A stretch of 64,000 nucleotides of DNA, from the NCBI GenBank assembly GCA_010909165.1, contig MU008225.1, positions 1 through 64,000 on the forward strand, given 5' to 3'. Numbering within the stretch: position 1 is the stretch's first letter; every line of letters begins with the position of its first letter. A program made the translations under genes and the position numbers. Below are positions 12,701 through 25,710 of this stretch, in pieces. Source of the DNA: Anthoceros angustus. Its lineage: Eukaryota; Plantae; Anthocerotophyta. The notes under the pieces were generated by a model, which saw nothing but the letters and a program-made list of their open reading frames with translations, had not been told where the DNA came from and made no database searches.

Positions 12701-14663
12701 GGTGCCTCTGGGCACAAAGCGAGATGGTGGGGACTCCCCCACCCTTGGGGCATCACCCCTCTGTGTAGTCCTCCTCTCATAGACTACCATTCGGCCTTCC
12801 TCGGCGGTTCTGTTCCTCTCCTCTTCCTTGCTCTGTGGGAAAAGATTCCCACTCGGCAACCTTGTTGCCTCTACATCCTCGCCCTTGCTCCTAGCATGCT
12901 TGTGGAGTCGACCTCCCAGTCTTCCTCAATGCAAAGGCAAGGCCTTTCCAAGCTTGGTGGAGATGGATTATCTCAGAAGGATGCCAAGCATCTTCCAACT
13001 CCTTGCTTGTGAGAAGTCCCTCGTTTCCACAAATGCACCAAATAGGTGCTAAGGTAGCAGGCCTTGGCCCTTCCTCATCCAGAATTTGCAGGAGCTTCTC
13101 CTGGTGGATGTATCTTCATAATGGTGTTCCCCAATCGGCTTGGCTCCCATGGAAATCTTCCACGGAGGAAGTTGGTCTTTGAAATAAGAAGTCCTTTGGT
13201 AATTCACCAACCCACAATCTTGCAAGAGCCTCCACTTGACTCCTTGATGCTCTCTTTTCCAGCCATTCTTGGCATGGGCCTTCACTCCTCCGTCCATCAT
13301 GTCGAGGAGCTCTTGCGGAATTTCGGAGAGTCCTCTTCCTCCATTCGACCTTCGAGGGAGCAACTTCGAGCTTTCCTCCTCCGGTCTCCCTGTCGAATGC
13401 TCCTTACGGTCCGGCGAGGATCCGTTCGAGCATTCCTTCGTGTGAGGGCGCCTCGATTGATGGAGTTGATGAAGCACTCCTCAATCAACTCCAAATTGGT
13501 GTAGGCCCATTGGCGTATACACCCATCAATTGGATGTTATCCTCCTCCGCCCATTCGAAAATCAAATCGCGGGGTTGGCACCGCAAAACAAGTGAATTGG
13601 GGCATTATAAATCGCCTCCCACAGCGTGGCGCTTTCTTTTCCCTTTCCTCCTCTCGAGGAGGAACCTTTTGTGGCTCCTTCCCTTGCTCTTCCAGTCGTG
13701 GCATGGCACCTTTCTCACTTCCAAGCGCTTCTAGGAGAATTACTCTCCAATTTGTGGGCTCCAAAGCTTTACTCCCAAACACTCCTTCCTTGTCACTGCA
13801 ATACCCAACAGGCACAAGTACACGTTAGCCACAGGCCTTCTAGCTAATTTCCTCGATTTCTCCTCCGGGGCAAGGTGAGCGCTTCCTCTTTCTCCTTAAT
13901 TTGCTCCTCCTCGTCTTCAATCCTTCAATCTCACAGCGCTAGGCTCCTCGACTTGGCTCCGCCCTTGTGATTCCCCGCGCTCCTTCCGCGCTTCACGGTA
14001 AACACCGTTGGTGTTCGGGCGCTCGATCTCCTCCTCCTCTCCTTAGCTAGGGTTTCCTCTGTTGCGCCCTCCTCTTGCTCACAAGTCGCGGTGATGGCGG
14101 CTTCCTTTTTTCGCGCTTCTACGCTCCGGCTCAGTCTCGGTCTTCGTGAAGTAGGCGCCTCGGCTCGAAGAGGAAGTTGGCGCCCCAAAGCGCACTTTGC
14201 CTTCTTTGGATGGCCACACAGGCACAACCCTAGATTTGGTTCATCATTTACAAAATCCTAATCCTATCTAAACGCCTATCTTTTCTATTCTCTACCCTAA
14301 TTAACCTATATATTTATTCCCCTATTGATGAGCATATATAGTGGATATCCCCTATATTCATTGCTTTTCTGGCGAGATCCGATCTACATGATAGTACGCC
14401 ACCCTTTACCGGCGTAGTGTGGCGACCTACGATGGTGAGTACGCCCTACCGCCCTTTGCCATTACGCGCTGGGGGTCGTTTTGACCCGTTCTTTGTCTTG
14501 GGATATCTTCTTCGACTTCCTAACAATATCCTACAACTTCAGCTTCAAGGTTTTCAGAAAATTTCCTGACATGCTCCTCTTCAATCATTTTTAGCCAAAG
14601 AAAATCAAACTTGTTTGCCTTCTGGCTCTTTTGGACTGGTTGCCCAAACTTTTGCGTTCCACA
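9777..14663 (-). mobile_element. Complete 4887-bp solo LTR, subfamily A (copy A2)
   Basis: TGTGG...CCACA termini with 5-bp TSD GATTG (9772-9776 and 14664-14668). Its right end GTTGCCCAAACTTTTGCGTTCCACA is identical to the PPT-adjacent end at 60941-60965. Confidence 0.9.
11560..14230 (-). CDS. Frameshifted LTR-internal coding region (globular domain plus coiled coil)
   Basis: Peptides NLELIEECF, KAHAKNG, FKDQLPP and CYLSTYLVHLW are conserved between diverged copies (12400-13600, 20570-21320, 56780-57400, 59050-59600). Confidence 0.6.
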
Positions 14664-15310
14664 GATTGGCTCTCTTGCCCTCTTTTTGCTCCTGTCCCCT
14701 CCCCAAATTCTGTCTTCTTCCTAGCTTGTGGGGCAAGTACCATGTTGCCCCTTCCTCCCCTTTCTGCGGGCGCCACATTCCTCTTGTCATGCGAGCAATC
14801 GCGCCCTTGGCTCGGGCGTCCATTTTCCAACCTCCGGCTGGCGCTCGCCTATAAGCACCCTACCGCGGTAGTCAGCGGACTTCACAAGGTGGTGACCACC
14901 TCTATGGTAGTCTGGTCCCCATCTCTCTTCCTTCCTTCCTCCTCATCGGTGGCGTCCCACAGGTTGGAATCCTCTTTGCTCCTTTCCTCACATTTGGTTT
15001 GTCCATACCTATCATGGAGCATCTTCAAGAGTCTTCATTCCCCGTTGCTTTGGTGATGTCGCCACTAACTCCTCCGGGTCCTCTTTTGCGTTGGTCTCCT
15101 ATCACGGCCCGGGCTCTTCCCTTATTCGTGGGGTGAGGAACTTTCACCCTCCTTCGGGTCGGACCCCGCCTCGATCTCCTCCTCCGTGGGCTGCTTCTCC
15201 ACCACCTGCCTCCTTCTCCGGGGTATGCCTGAACCCCGGCTCCTTCATCCCAGTTGGGCCGTTGACTCCCCATCGTGCCCCTCGCTGCGAGCACTGCCCT
15301 AGTCAGTAGA

Positions 15311-18300
15311 TGTAAACGATCGGACTCGGAAACCCCAGGATGTGCCTTGAAGTGTTTTTGTTTTTTGGTCAGTGTGGTGTGAAAATAAGTCGGGTTGTTG
15401 AGGCAAGGGTATTTATAAAAGCGTCCTTGGCCTATGGTTTTTCTTGTTTTATTTCTTAGGTTAGATAATAAAGGGAACTCGATGTTCCTTGGCCCATGGA
15501 CTTGGGATGTCCACTAAAGGTCTATATATGTGAGGTAGGGGGTTGGTATAATTAGGGAGTGATAGGTCTATGGCTTGGAGTTGGAAGTTAAATGATAGGC
15601 GAATGAGTGTGGGGTTGTGGATTGGTGTGGGCGGTCGCGGTCGAGAGCAGGGGTAGGGGAACACAGGAACTTAACCCTAGGAAATGTGATCCGTTCGGAC
15701 AGCAGGCCTGTGGTGGAGGCAAAGCGGCGCGATAGAGGCCCAGCAGTCGAGGAGTTGCATCCGGGAGAATACCGCGATCTGAGGCGCGAGGCGCACACGA
15801 GGGAAGGAGCTCAGAACCCCATCCGCGACGCGGTGAGCGCTAGGAGCGGCGGTTGGTGAGGTAGGAACCACAGGACCCGCGGGTAATTGCGTGATTTGGG
15901 CGCAGGCCGGGAGACTCTTGTGGAGGATGGCGCCCAAGGTCGCGAGATTGTGCTTGCTCCATGGCCAAACATGGATCATTGGAAAGTTCGGTGAGGGAAT
16001 TGGTGAAGGAGGTGAAGCTTCATGGAAGAACGGTGGAATTACATGAACTTGGGAGTGCGCGCCACAGAAGGACAAGCAGTGGGCGGGGAATTAGGCGAGT
16101 TGGGACACAGGTTGGTTAGGAGAGGGTGTATAGGAGGAGGGAGGCGGTTTGGTGATGGAGCCGTCCGGAAAAGAACCACACAGTTAAAGTGATTGGGGAA
16201 TAACGGTTTGCTTATTGTGTGATTGATGGAGTGCAGCGGATGGCTCCTATGTTTCTGCAGCACAAGAAGCGGATTATTTGTCGACCACTTCTGCTGTTCC
16301 TTCCATGAAGTGGTCAAGGGCAATCGATTGGGGACGAATTCTCTTCGACAAGTTGTGTGAAGAGAGGTTGAACTTGATTTCTCCTACCCCTCGACCCTCT
16401 CTAATTTCACCATTTCGGTCCATCTTTATGTGCATGCTAGCGCACGCGGAGGTGGAAATTGGCCTCCCTCCACATGTGGAAGCCGGTTAGGGAGGTGAAA
16501 TGGAAGGCGGAGGAGCCCAAGGAGGAAATCGAGGAAAAATCGGATAGGCGAGTCGTGGCGGCAGGCGATTCGAGGAGAGAAATTTCTACCAGGAGGAAGA
16601 CCGGGGTGGAAGGCGGGCCTCGTGAAAAGGTGAAGGCGGGCCGCGTCACCGGTCAGCAGGCGCGCTTCTGAAAATGAAGGCCAAGCAGCGGTTGAGGTGG
16701 CGGAAGAGGCGCGATCCAGGAGGACAATTTCTTGACGGATCACGGATGATGAATCAACCCGGAGGGTTAGGGTGACCTCGAGCGGACCCCTCCTCGGCAT
16801 GGGAAGAGATTTTCAAGGGACTCCAGCGGAGGTGGATGCAAGCCGAATTGGTGAGTGCGCACCCTTTGGAAGGAAAGTTCTCGGCGGAGGGATGGCGTGG
16901 CGCGGGCCGCCACAACAAGTGGACTGAGGCCGCCATCGATGATCCGGGCCCAAGCGGTTGTTGGATCAAGCGGCTTTAGCTCTCCACAGCTCGGTGTGCA
17001 AGGGCGGCGGGAAGTGGTGAAGGCCGGGTTTGAAGAGGAGGCCAAGCGCAAGCAGAGGAAGACAAGCGGGTCTAGAGGAAATAAGGGCCAAGATTGAGAA
17101 GATTTGTCGGGGCCGGGAGAAGTTGCAGAGCCATGGCAGGCAGCGGGAAGCTCATGGCTCAAATTAAGGATGCCCAGGCAGAACCGGAGATGTTGTTGCG
17201 AGCCGGGAGGCGGGCGGCCTCGGTGGAAGGCCCATAGGCCAGTATATAAGCGGAGGCGGGATGAGGCACGTGGCGGGCGAGAAAAGACAAAGGGAAGAGG
17301 AAGCGGGGACACGGACCAGGGGTAGTGGAAGGAACTACGAGCGAAGGAAGCGGCAAGGTGGCAAACACCTACGAGGTTCTTTGAGCGAGCGACGATCGTG
17401 GAGTCCTCTGATGTGGGCTACCGACATTGGCGCAACCAGCCGGTCATGGCGGAACAGCGGGGCTGACGCGGCACCCGCAGGACATGGACCGAGCAGCAAC
17501 GGTGTAGCCTCACGGGAGGAGGGTAAGCACCTCATGCAGGGAGGTCCCATTATGTTGCACATGGATGAGAAACTTATGTTCGGTCTATATGTGAATGGAG
17601 CAGCGTGCTTAACCTTTATCCATGTGCGTGTGGAAATAGGAGGGATCGGGGCCTACCTCACAAGTGAGGACCCAGTGCATACTTCTACCATGCGCAGTGT
17701 GGGGTTGGCCCCTATTATCACGGGCGACTTTGGAGGAGTTAAGTGAGGAGGAGGTCCGAGCTTGGGTGGGCGAGGCAGTAATAATCCTCGGCAATAGGCG
17801 GCAAGCGGAAGGCGGAAGCTCGGCGTACACCTCAAATTAGGGCGTCAGCGGTGGTGAGGTGGAAGTATTGTGGGAAAACACATCGGATCGGTGGAGGGCT
17901 CGTGGCGGCGGTGGAGGCGAAGGCCAGGGCCAGAGTCGAGATAAGCGTGGCGGAGGTGATAGCATCCTAAGGATAGATTTGGTTAGGATCTTGCACTGGA
18001 CCTAGGCGCTCGGTGTGGGCGCGTCCCTTTGATAGCCATCTTAGGACCTAAAATCCGGGGCATGGCGCGCCCGGGTATAAGAGGCGGTTATGCCTCTCAC
18101 GTGAGATAATTTGGTTGAGATCCCCACTGCTGTGGCTGGTTGGAGGCGTCCAATTAGCGGAGGCGGTGTGCGAGGCAGCTCCTAGGAATGGTCGAGAGCT
18201 TGCTCCTGGAGGAGGAAGGGATGGGCGTCTTGGCGACAAGGGGAGGAACAAGGGATTGGCGGGCGGGTGCAGGCTTGCTCTGCGCTGCTTGTGGCCACAG

Positions 18301-18995
18301 GCTCTTCTCCCTTCCTTCTTTCCTCGCTGGTTGTGTTCAATTGAGGGTGTGTGAGTGGTGGATGCAGGCGAAGGGGAGGAGAGAGAGAAGGAGTGAGAAG
18401 CGGTGGGAAGGAGATTAAATCTTGTCGATGCGAGGTGTGAGATCGTGAGTGGGAAGGAAGAGCATGGAGAGGTCATGGTGAATTGTGTGTGAATCGCGAA
18501 TTGAGCGGTCTTTTGCGGAAGTGCGCGCATGGGGCGTGTTTCAGGAGGAAATAAGGTGGTGTGGCGCCCGTGTGTGTGTGCATGTGTGTGGATTGAGGGT
18601 AGGAGGCCTAGGTCCCTGTCGAATCGGTGGGCATAGTGTGGGGTAGAATATCACGGACTACGGTGGGGACAACCCGTGCGAGATCCAGCCTTGAGTCGCT
18701 AGGGTTTGGTGTGGGACCCACCTCGGTGTTGTTCCACTACACGGTAGTGTGCGGACTACCGGTAGTAGAGCAGGGGGCAGTCGGGAGTTAGATCCGTGGT
18801 AGTTGGACAAGGCGGAGGTAGTAGTAGTTGAGTAGATAGGTGTGAGGTGGTAGCGGTGTCCCGGCGACTTAGCTAGGCGGTGGTAGTGATGATAGAAGCG
18901 TCTCTTGGCACAAACCATTCCCTTGGGAATCCCGGGACTAGCGACATTGAGGGTGAATGTGGACCTCCGTGTCTCGGGACACGAGATTCCACTGG
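15311..18995 (+). mobile_element. ~3.7-kb solo-LTR-like insertion (family B) containing coding remnants
   Basis: Starts TGTAAACG and is flanked by GTAGA at 15306-15310 and 18996-19000, after which the host LTR resumes. The 3' end (CCACTGG) is not a clean CA. TATA-like boxes at ~17245 and ~18076. Peptide IDWGRILFDKLCEE at ~16320. Confidence 0.65.
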
Positions 18996-21535
18996 GTAGA
19001 CTAGGCGTGGTGGCGGCCTAACGGTAGTCGCGGTCTGGTGGTGGGGTGACCCCCTATGGTTGTCCCCCTCCTTGCTTTCGCGCCATCTTCCTTCTTGGGC
19101 AGCGGTTCTCCTCTCCTTGACTCTCAGGACTCCTCGGAGTCCATGTCATAGCCTCATCAAAGTCACAGGGCTCAGGCACTTTGCAGCTCCTTCCTATCAT
19201 CATCATGAGGACCTATTGTCCTCCTCTTATGGCCAACGCCGTTGTTGGCCTTCAATATCCTGTTGTGAAGATGGGCGCCCAGACTATGATATTGCATTTG
19301 GAGATCATCCAATTCCGTGGGCCACTCTCCATCTTCACACCTACCCTTGTAGGCATCCCTTGAGGTGGTCGATTCTCCCACCTTCACATGGAGGGTCACA
19401 TTCTCCTCCTGTGCTTCCCTCAGCTGGTTGGCCAACTTTGCTTGAAGGGCATAATGCCACACCTTAAACCTTCCTCACCACCGATTCTATGCACCACACC
19501 TATTACGGTGCTCTTCCTCCTGGGACCTCCTCCTCCAAGTCCCTAGTTGTTGAGCAAGCTCTTCCCTCTCCGCTTGCAAGCACTCTTTCGCTCCAACTCC
19601 TACGTTCTTTGGTCTTGAGCTTCTAGCTCACGCTTCTCCTCCAAATTATCTGGGTTCTTATTCTTCTTCCATGTCCGGATCTTGATGGCAGTAGCCATCA
19701 CTTGTTCTTGTATCCACTTTGAACACTTTGTTTTTCTCCCTAGAGCCTCGATTTGCTCTTCCTTTCACGCTCTAGGTGGGCAAAGTGCTCCTCCGCCTTT
19801 TGCCTCCATGAGTCCCGATTGGGTAGTCATCGACAGCTCTCTTGGTTTGAGCCAACCTTCCCTCCAAGACCTTCTCCACTTGATCACAGGTGTGAAGCTT
19901 CTCCACCTTCTCCAACTTGGTGCCTTCTCATCGGACTCCATGGCCTCCAATTGCCATTTGGTCCTGCTCTCCTCTGTCATCTCTTGGGCCTTATTAAGAT
20001 TTCCTCTGACATGCCCATAAGGTGGCATTAATTCCCTAGCCCCTTCAAATCCACTCGGGTGAGTGCCTCATAGCACTCATGCAAATCTCTAGGGGCCCAA
20101 ATTCCGCCCTTCGGCCTCTTCTTTGAAATTTCCAGCCTTTCCACTCCTCGGGCCATCGGCGATGGCGTGAGCCCTCGCCTGCTTACCCCATCCGCTCGCC
20201 CGGTAGCGGTTGATAGTGGCTTTGGCGCCGCCCATGGCCTTCCTTGACGCCCTTCCTTCTTTCCGCGTAGAGGCTAACGCCTCGCGGTGGGGTGAGACCC
20301 CCGCGTGCTTTGCACCTCACGTGATAGGGGTGGCGCCTACCACTGATGATGCGCCTCCCCACAGGAGTGGCTCACGGTGCCTCTTCCTAGGCACCCACGA
20401 GATGGTGGGACTCCTCCACCCTTGGGGTAAATCACCCATCTGGTGGTGGTCAGCCCCTCATAGACTACCACTTGGCCCTCATGGCCAGATCTTGCTCCCC
20501 CTTCCTTGCTCCTCTTGTGGGAAGGCCTCCCACTCGCGGCCTTGTTGCCTCCGCCTCCTCACTCTCGGTCCCTAGGGTCCTTGTGGGTTTGTCCTCCCAT
20601 GGTCTTCCTTAGGCAAAGGTAGGGCAGCTCTAAGCTTGGTGGAGGTGGATAATCTTGAAGGATGCCAAGCATCCTCAAGCTCCTTCTTGGGAGCCCCGTC
20701 CCACAAATGCACCAAATAGGTGCTAAGATAGCATGGCCTTGGCCCTTCCTCATCCAGAATTTGGCTAAGAGCTTCTCCACATGATGATGTAGGCCTCATA
20801 CATGATGGTGCCCCAATCCGGCTTGGCTCCTCGAAATCTTCCACAAAAAGCGGAGGAAGTTGGTCTTTGAAATAAGGTTGATAGTTACCAACCCCAACAC
20901 AATTTTGGCAAGAGCCTCCACTTGACTCCTTGATCTTGTCAGTCTTCAAGCCATTCTTGGCGTGGGCCTTCACTCCTCAGTCCATCATATCTAGGACCTC
21001 TGCGGAATTTCGAGAGGAAATCCTCTTCCCTCCATTTGTCCTCTCGAGGAAAGCAATTCCTCTCCTCCTCCGGTCTCCCATACACTTGGCGAATACTCGG
21101 ATGTCGGCCGGATCGGTCCAGGCATTCCTCTCAACCGGCAAGGCTCTTCCGATTGATGGAGGTTGATGTAACACTCCTCAATCAATTCCAAATTGGTGTA
21201 GGCCTACTGGCGGCCATACACCCATCCCAATTGGATGTTCTCCTCCTCCGCCCATTGCCTGAAATCTACCAAGTCTCTAGGATTGAGCTGCCCTGCAAAG
21301 CATGTAAATTGTGGCGTCTCAAAATCTTCTCCCCCTGGCGGCGCAGCTCCTGGTGCTGGCAAGGAGGAGCCCTTGGCGGGCGGTTCCTTCCCCCTGCCCT
21401 TAGCAGCTCGAGGCATGGCGCCTTTTCACGCAAACTGCTGCCAAGGAAGGGAGCTACTCCCCAATTGCGAGTTCTCTCGCCCTTCTAGTGTCTCAGCCCA
21501 GAAAACACCCCTGGTGGAAAGCAACTTTGTCACAC

Positions 21536-24500
21536 TGTGGACTGCGGACTCTCCCCTAGGGTAGGAAATGAGTTAGGTTTTGTTTTTTTCATAGGCGCGG
21601 AGTGGAAAATAAAGGCGGAAAGGAAGAATAAGTCGGGTGCTCGAGACTGCACTCGGAGTAGGTCAAGGACTTGGAGTGGGTCGGAGGACTCGGGGTGGGT
21701 CGGAGGACTTTGGGTGGGTCGGAGGACTCGGGGTGGGTCGAGGACTCGGGATTAGGTCGGAGGACTCGGGAGTGAGAAGGACTCGGGAGTAAGCGGAAGG
21801 ACTCGGGAGCACACTCCCAGGAGCTCTGGACTACACTCTGAGGAGGCCGGACCGCACCACAAGTGCACAGTAAGTCAGGACTACACTCGGGAGCGGACAG
21901 TGCATCGCAGTAAAGTAACTTGGAGTCGGGTGTATTTTAGGCGAGGAGCCCGTGGGCCAGTGCGAGAGGTGGGCGGGCATGCAGTGAAGGGGCCAGAGGG
22001 TTTGCAGTGGCCGTTATAAGCGAGGTATTCACGCTCAGAAATCTGTGTGGCGTAAAGGCTAAATCATGGCGGTATAGGCAGTAGCCGAAGGCGTAAGGTG
22101 GGGGTAAGCCATGCGAGGCCTCGGCGATTCTGGCGCCCTCCTTGGCAATTCTGTCGTACGGAGTGGACCGGGACGGAGGTCATTCTTCAAAACAACCTCG
22201 TGGCGGTTCTGATCTCTCTCCTTTCAGACACCCGGCTCTGGCGTTGTCTTTTTGGCCTCAGGCACCCTCACGCAGCTCGACCTTGTGGTTAGAACAGCCT
22301 TGGCGGAGGAGCAAGAGATTGTTGAGCTGCATTAAGCGGAACAAGGCGCGGAGATGGGACAAGCGGGGCGGAGGTGTAGGAGCCATGGCGCTTGGTGGGC
22401 AACATCATCACCACTACCTCGACTTGATGCATGGGCTGGAGGAGGCGGAGGAGGCTGGTGGAGGACTAGCACTGGATATTTTTCCGGTATACGGACCTTG
22501 ACATCGCTAGTCAGGGAGTATGCGGAAGATGTGGCAGCAGCAACAAGGAGTCGCTCTAGAACACAGGAGGACCCCAAGAAGGTGGGCCGTGGAGGTCACG
22601 AGGCAGTTTAGAACCGCCCAGTAGAAATGGGGAGTGGTTCGGGCCCCAGAAGGTGAGGTGGGCGGCGAGGCGGCCCTCTTGCGACTAGGGCCAGATCCTC
22701 CAATGGGTGGCTAGCGCCGGACCTCCTCGGCGAGGAGGGTGCAGTCGGTGCGAAGATCACCGTCAACTGGAATATGCTCACCAAGGGTGACCACCTTGGG
22801 GATAATCCTGTTCCTCCACGACTTCGAGGACGCGGGGATCATCTTCGCAGATCAACCCGGAGGCTCGGAAGGCGGGAAGTGACCACCCGTCCAGGCGTTG
22901 TCAGCGTTCATCATCCAGCGTGGCGGGGCACATGAACCTTACTCCGAGGAGGGAAGAGGCGCTGAAGGGCTGGCGCACTTCTACGGGCAGCGGAAGGAAG
23001 AAGCAGGCGGTCCCGACCAACCGGACCTGTGGTCGGAGGAGGACGAGCCCCAGGAGGATTGGGACTCTATACATCTCAGCGGACCCCCCGCCACCCGTGG
23101 AGGCGTGGGAAGACATTCCCAGCTTCTCTCCTCGTTCCCCACGGAGCACCCTGCGCAGGCCGCCAGGGCCAGGGAGCTAAGCAGTCGCCATGCACCGCCC
23201 GCTGCCCAGCCCAACGACAGTTCTTCAAACCCGCGGGCTGGCGGGAAGCGAAGACGGAAGGCAGCCTACCAACGCAATACCAGATGGCGCCAGGTGCCCT
23301 ACCTAGCGGAGTGGCAGGAAGCGGAGGAGGCGTGCGGGCGGAAAGTGGGCCGGTTGGAGGCAGCGCAACCCACTGAGTCCGTCATCTCCAACCGGAAGAG
23401 CAGAGGCTGGTTCGACCCTTCACCACCCTCAAGGCCCTAGCGAAAGAAGGCGGAGAAGGAGCTGTGAGAGGGCCAAAAGTAGAAGGCCGGGACCCAAACC
23501 TGGACCCGAGGGTCCTCATTGTCTGGAGAGCCCCGACTCTCCTCGATCGGTGATGTGTCCTAACGGACGGGGAGATGCCACCACGGCGGACTTTCGGTGT
23601 CTCTCAGTGTGGCCGTGGAGGAAACATGGCGGAGTTTTGGCTACCGTCATGGGCCCGGTATGCTTTGGGGTCTCAAGGAACAGAAGACCCAAGAAGTGGA
23701 GGCCACCCGATGGATGGTGGAGCTCCGAGGCGGTAGAGGCGCCCAAGCGAGAGGCGGAGTCCCTCGCAAGGATCGAGGAGGAGAGCGGGCGGGCGGAGAG
23801 AGGCGGTCAGGTCAAGCTGGGCCCTAGGATCACTCAGTGTCGAGCAATTTGAGGCAGTCTGAGAGGCCCAAGCACAGTGAAGACCTCTGAGACGGAGGAA
23901 GTAGCCTTGAGAGGGAGTCGGAGGAGGCCGAAGACAAGCGGAGGCGGGCCGGGACACAGCCAAGGCGGCTCAGCGGGAACAAACCTGCCAAGAGGCTCGG
24001 TGAAAGCGCGGAGGCGGGAGGCGCGGCTTAAGCCAGAGACCATTACCCGTGAGGCAGAAGCCGGTGGAGAAGCAGCGAGCACAGTGTCAGAAGCAAGCCG
24101 CCATGAGTGGCACGGCCCGGAGAGAAGGAGGCCGACAGCAAGGAGATGGAGGATCTCGGACCCAGCTACAGGACGGGAGGCGTCGGCGAAATGGAGGACC
24201 ACAAGGAAACCTTGGGCTGCGGCTCAAGACCACAGTTGGACATGGAGCCCTCCATGAAGTGATCGCCGGACCTGAGCAGGAGAGGTAGGCGGCTTGAGGC
24301 ATGTTTGAGGGCGGTGAGTTGGCGGCGATCCGAGTTGGACATCGCCCGAGGTTGGAGAAGGAGGCGGGAAGTCGAGGGAGCCAAGGCGGAGATCTTGGGC
24401 CCAGGAGAGGGAGTTGGCGGACCTTGCAAAAGATGGACGGAGGGAGGGGGCCTTTGAGAGGAGGCGGCGCTTGTCCGGGTGCGGAGGCGAGGGAGAGGCG

Positions 24501-25710
24501 TGGCTCCATGGCCCGGCAAGCTAGTCGAGCTACAACAGCAGCAGGCGGGAGGAGGAGCACGTCGGCGGCCAACAAAAGGCTGCGGGAGGTGTCGAGGCGG
24601 CCTTGGCATCCTCAAGGTGCCCGGCAGTTGGCGAGTGGCGTGGCCGGAGGCGGCTCGGCGGGCGGACGCATGAGCTCTTTGGAGCACCTACAGGAGGAGG
24701 GTCTTGGGTTTCCGGGCTCATGTGGAAGAAATTCAACAATTCATTGAGACTTTGCCTATTACCATGCGAGCTCCTCAAGGCTCTAGAGGTCTGCGTCACC
24801 CTCGGCGGATGGGCCGGACCCGGGGCGGGTCGAGAAGGAGGGCGAGGAGGAGGCCCGGAGCAGTCTGGCAGGGACCTTGGGAGCCCCATTGTTGGCAACG
24901 GCGTGAGGGAGGAGATCGGTGAAAGGCGGGGGCGTGGGGATGCTGCACTAGGTAAGCACTCTGCACCTCGGCGGCGTAGATAGGCGAGAATAGTGAAATA
25001 GTAGGCGGCGGCTAAGACTGGTGGCCACCAGCTCGAGAATAAAGTGTAATAAAGCGCCCGACCTTGGCGCAGATATAAGAGGGCCGGAGTTGCTCTAGTA
25101 AGGATCTTTCTCTTGGGGTGAATCTGCGTTTCCTTGTAGACCCTTGTGCATCTTTTGCTAGCGTGAGTCTGAGTCAGGCGACACAGCAGCTCGAGAGAGA
25201 GGCAGTCAAGGTCTGGTGAGGACCCCTAGCGTGTGGTGGTGTGTGCGGGGTGGGCGATCAGGGGACCCTTGCTCGTCCAGGCGGCGGCCTTCGTCGGACG
25301 GGCCGGAAGGCAGCCGTGGTGAGGGAACTCACGGAGGGTGTGAGCCGGAGGCGGAGAGGCGGAGGAGGAGGTCCGAACCACGCCGACCCACCACTCTTTT
25401 CCAAGAAAGATGAGTGTATTGAGAGGAGTGAGAAGAGCGGACTAGGGATGGAGCGGATCAGATGCAGACCTTGAGCAGGTCCTTAAAGCGTTTAGCCACC
25501 GGGCTGTTCGGTGAACGTTAAGAGTGGTTAGTTGTGGAACGCGTGCACAGCGGGCTCGAGTGCAGTGGTCATGACGTGGGGTGAAATCGGTCGGCGTTAA
25601 CGGACCTATCATTCTCTTGGGAGCGGACCTTGCTACAACGACCTTGGGATTGTCTTGGCGCGGTGGCGGTCGGTGAGTCATACGATGAGCTTCCATGTAT
25701 ACCTATCACA
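21536..25710 (+). mobile_element. ~4.2-kb LTR-like element (family C) with an internal coding remnant (~22066-24980)
   Basis: Starts TGTGG exactly where the A1 homology stops and shares AATAAGTCGGGT with family B near its 5' end. TATA-like boxes at ~22015 and ~25073. Possible end TATCACA at 25710, but no matching TSD. Confidence 0.5.
21650..21900. repeat. GGACTCGGG-based minisatellite (~20-bp unit)
   Basis: GGTCGGAGGACTCGGGGTG is repeated and degenerates rightward. Confidence 0.85.

Larger units (their letters stand above)
8708..21535 (-). mobile_element. Host long LTR, subfamily A (copy A1), in three pieces: 8708-9776, 14669-15310, 19001-21535
   Basis: Terminus TGTGGGAGGGAAAACCCC at 8708. 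The three pieces are colinear with 9777-13800 of copy A2 once the nested inserts are removed. The other terminus is missing. Confidence 0.8.
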
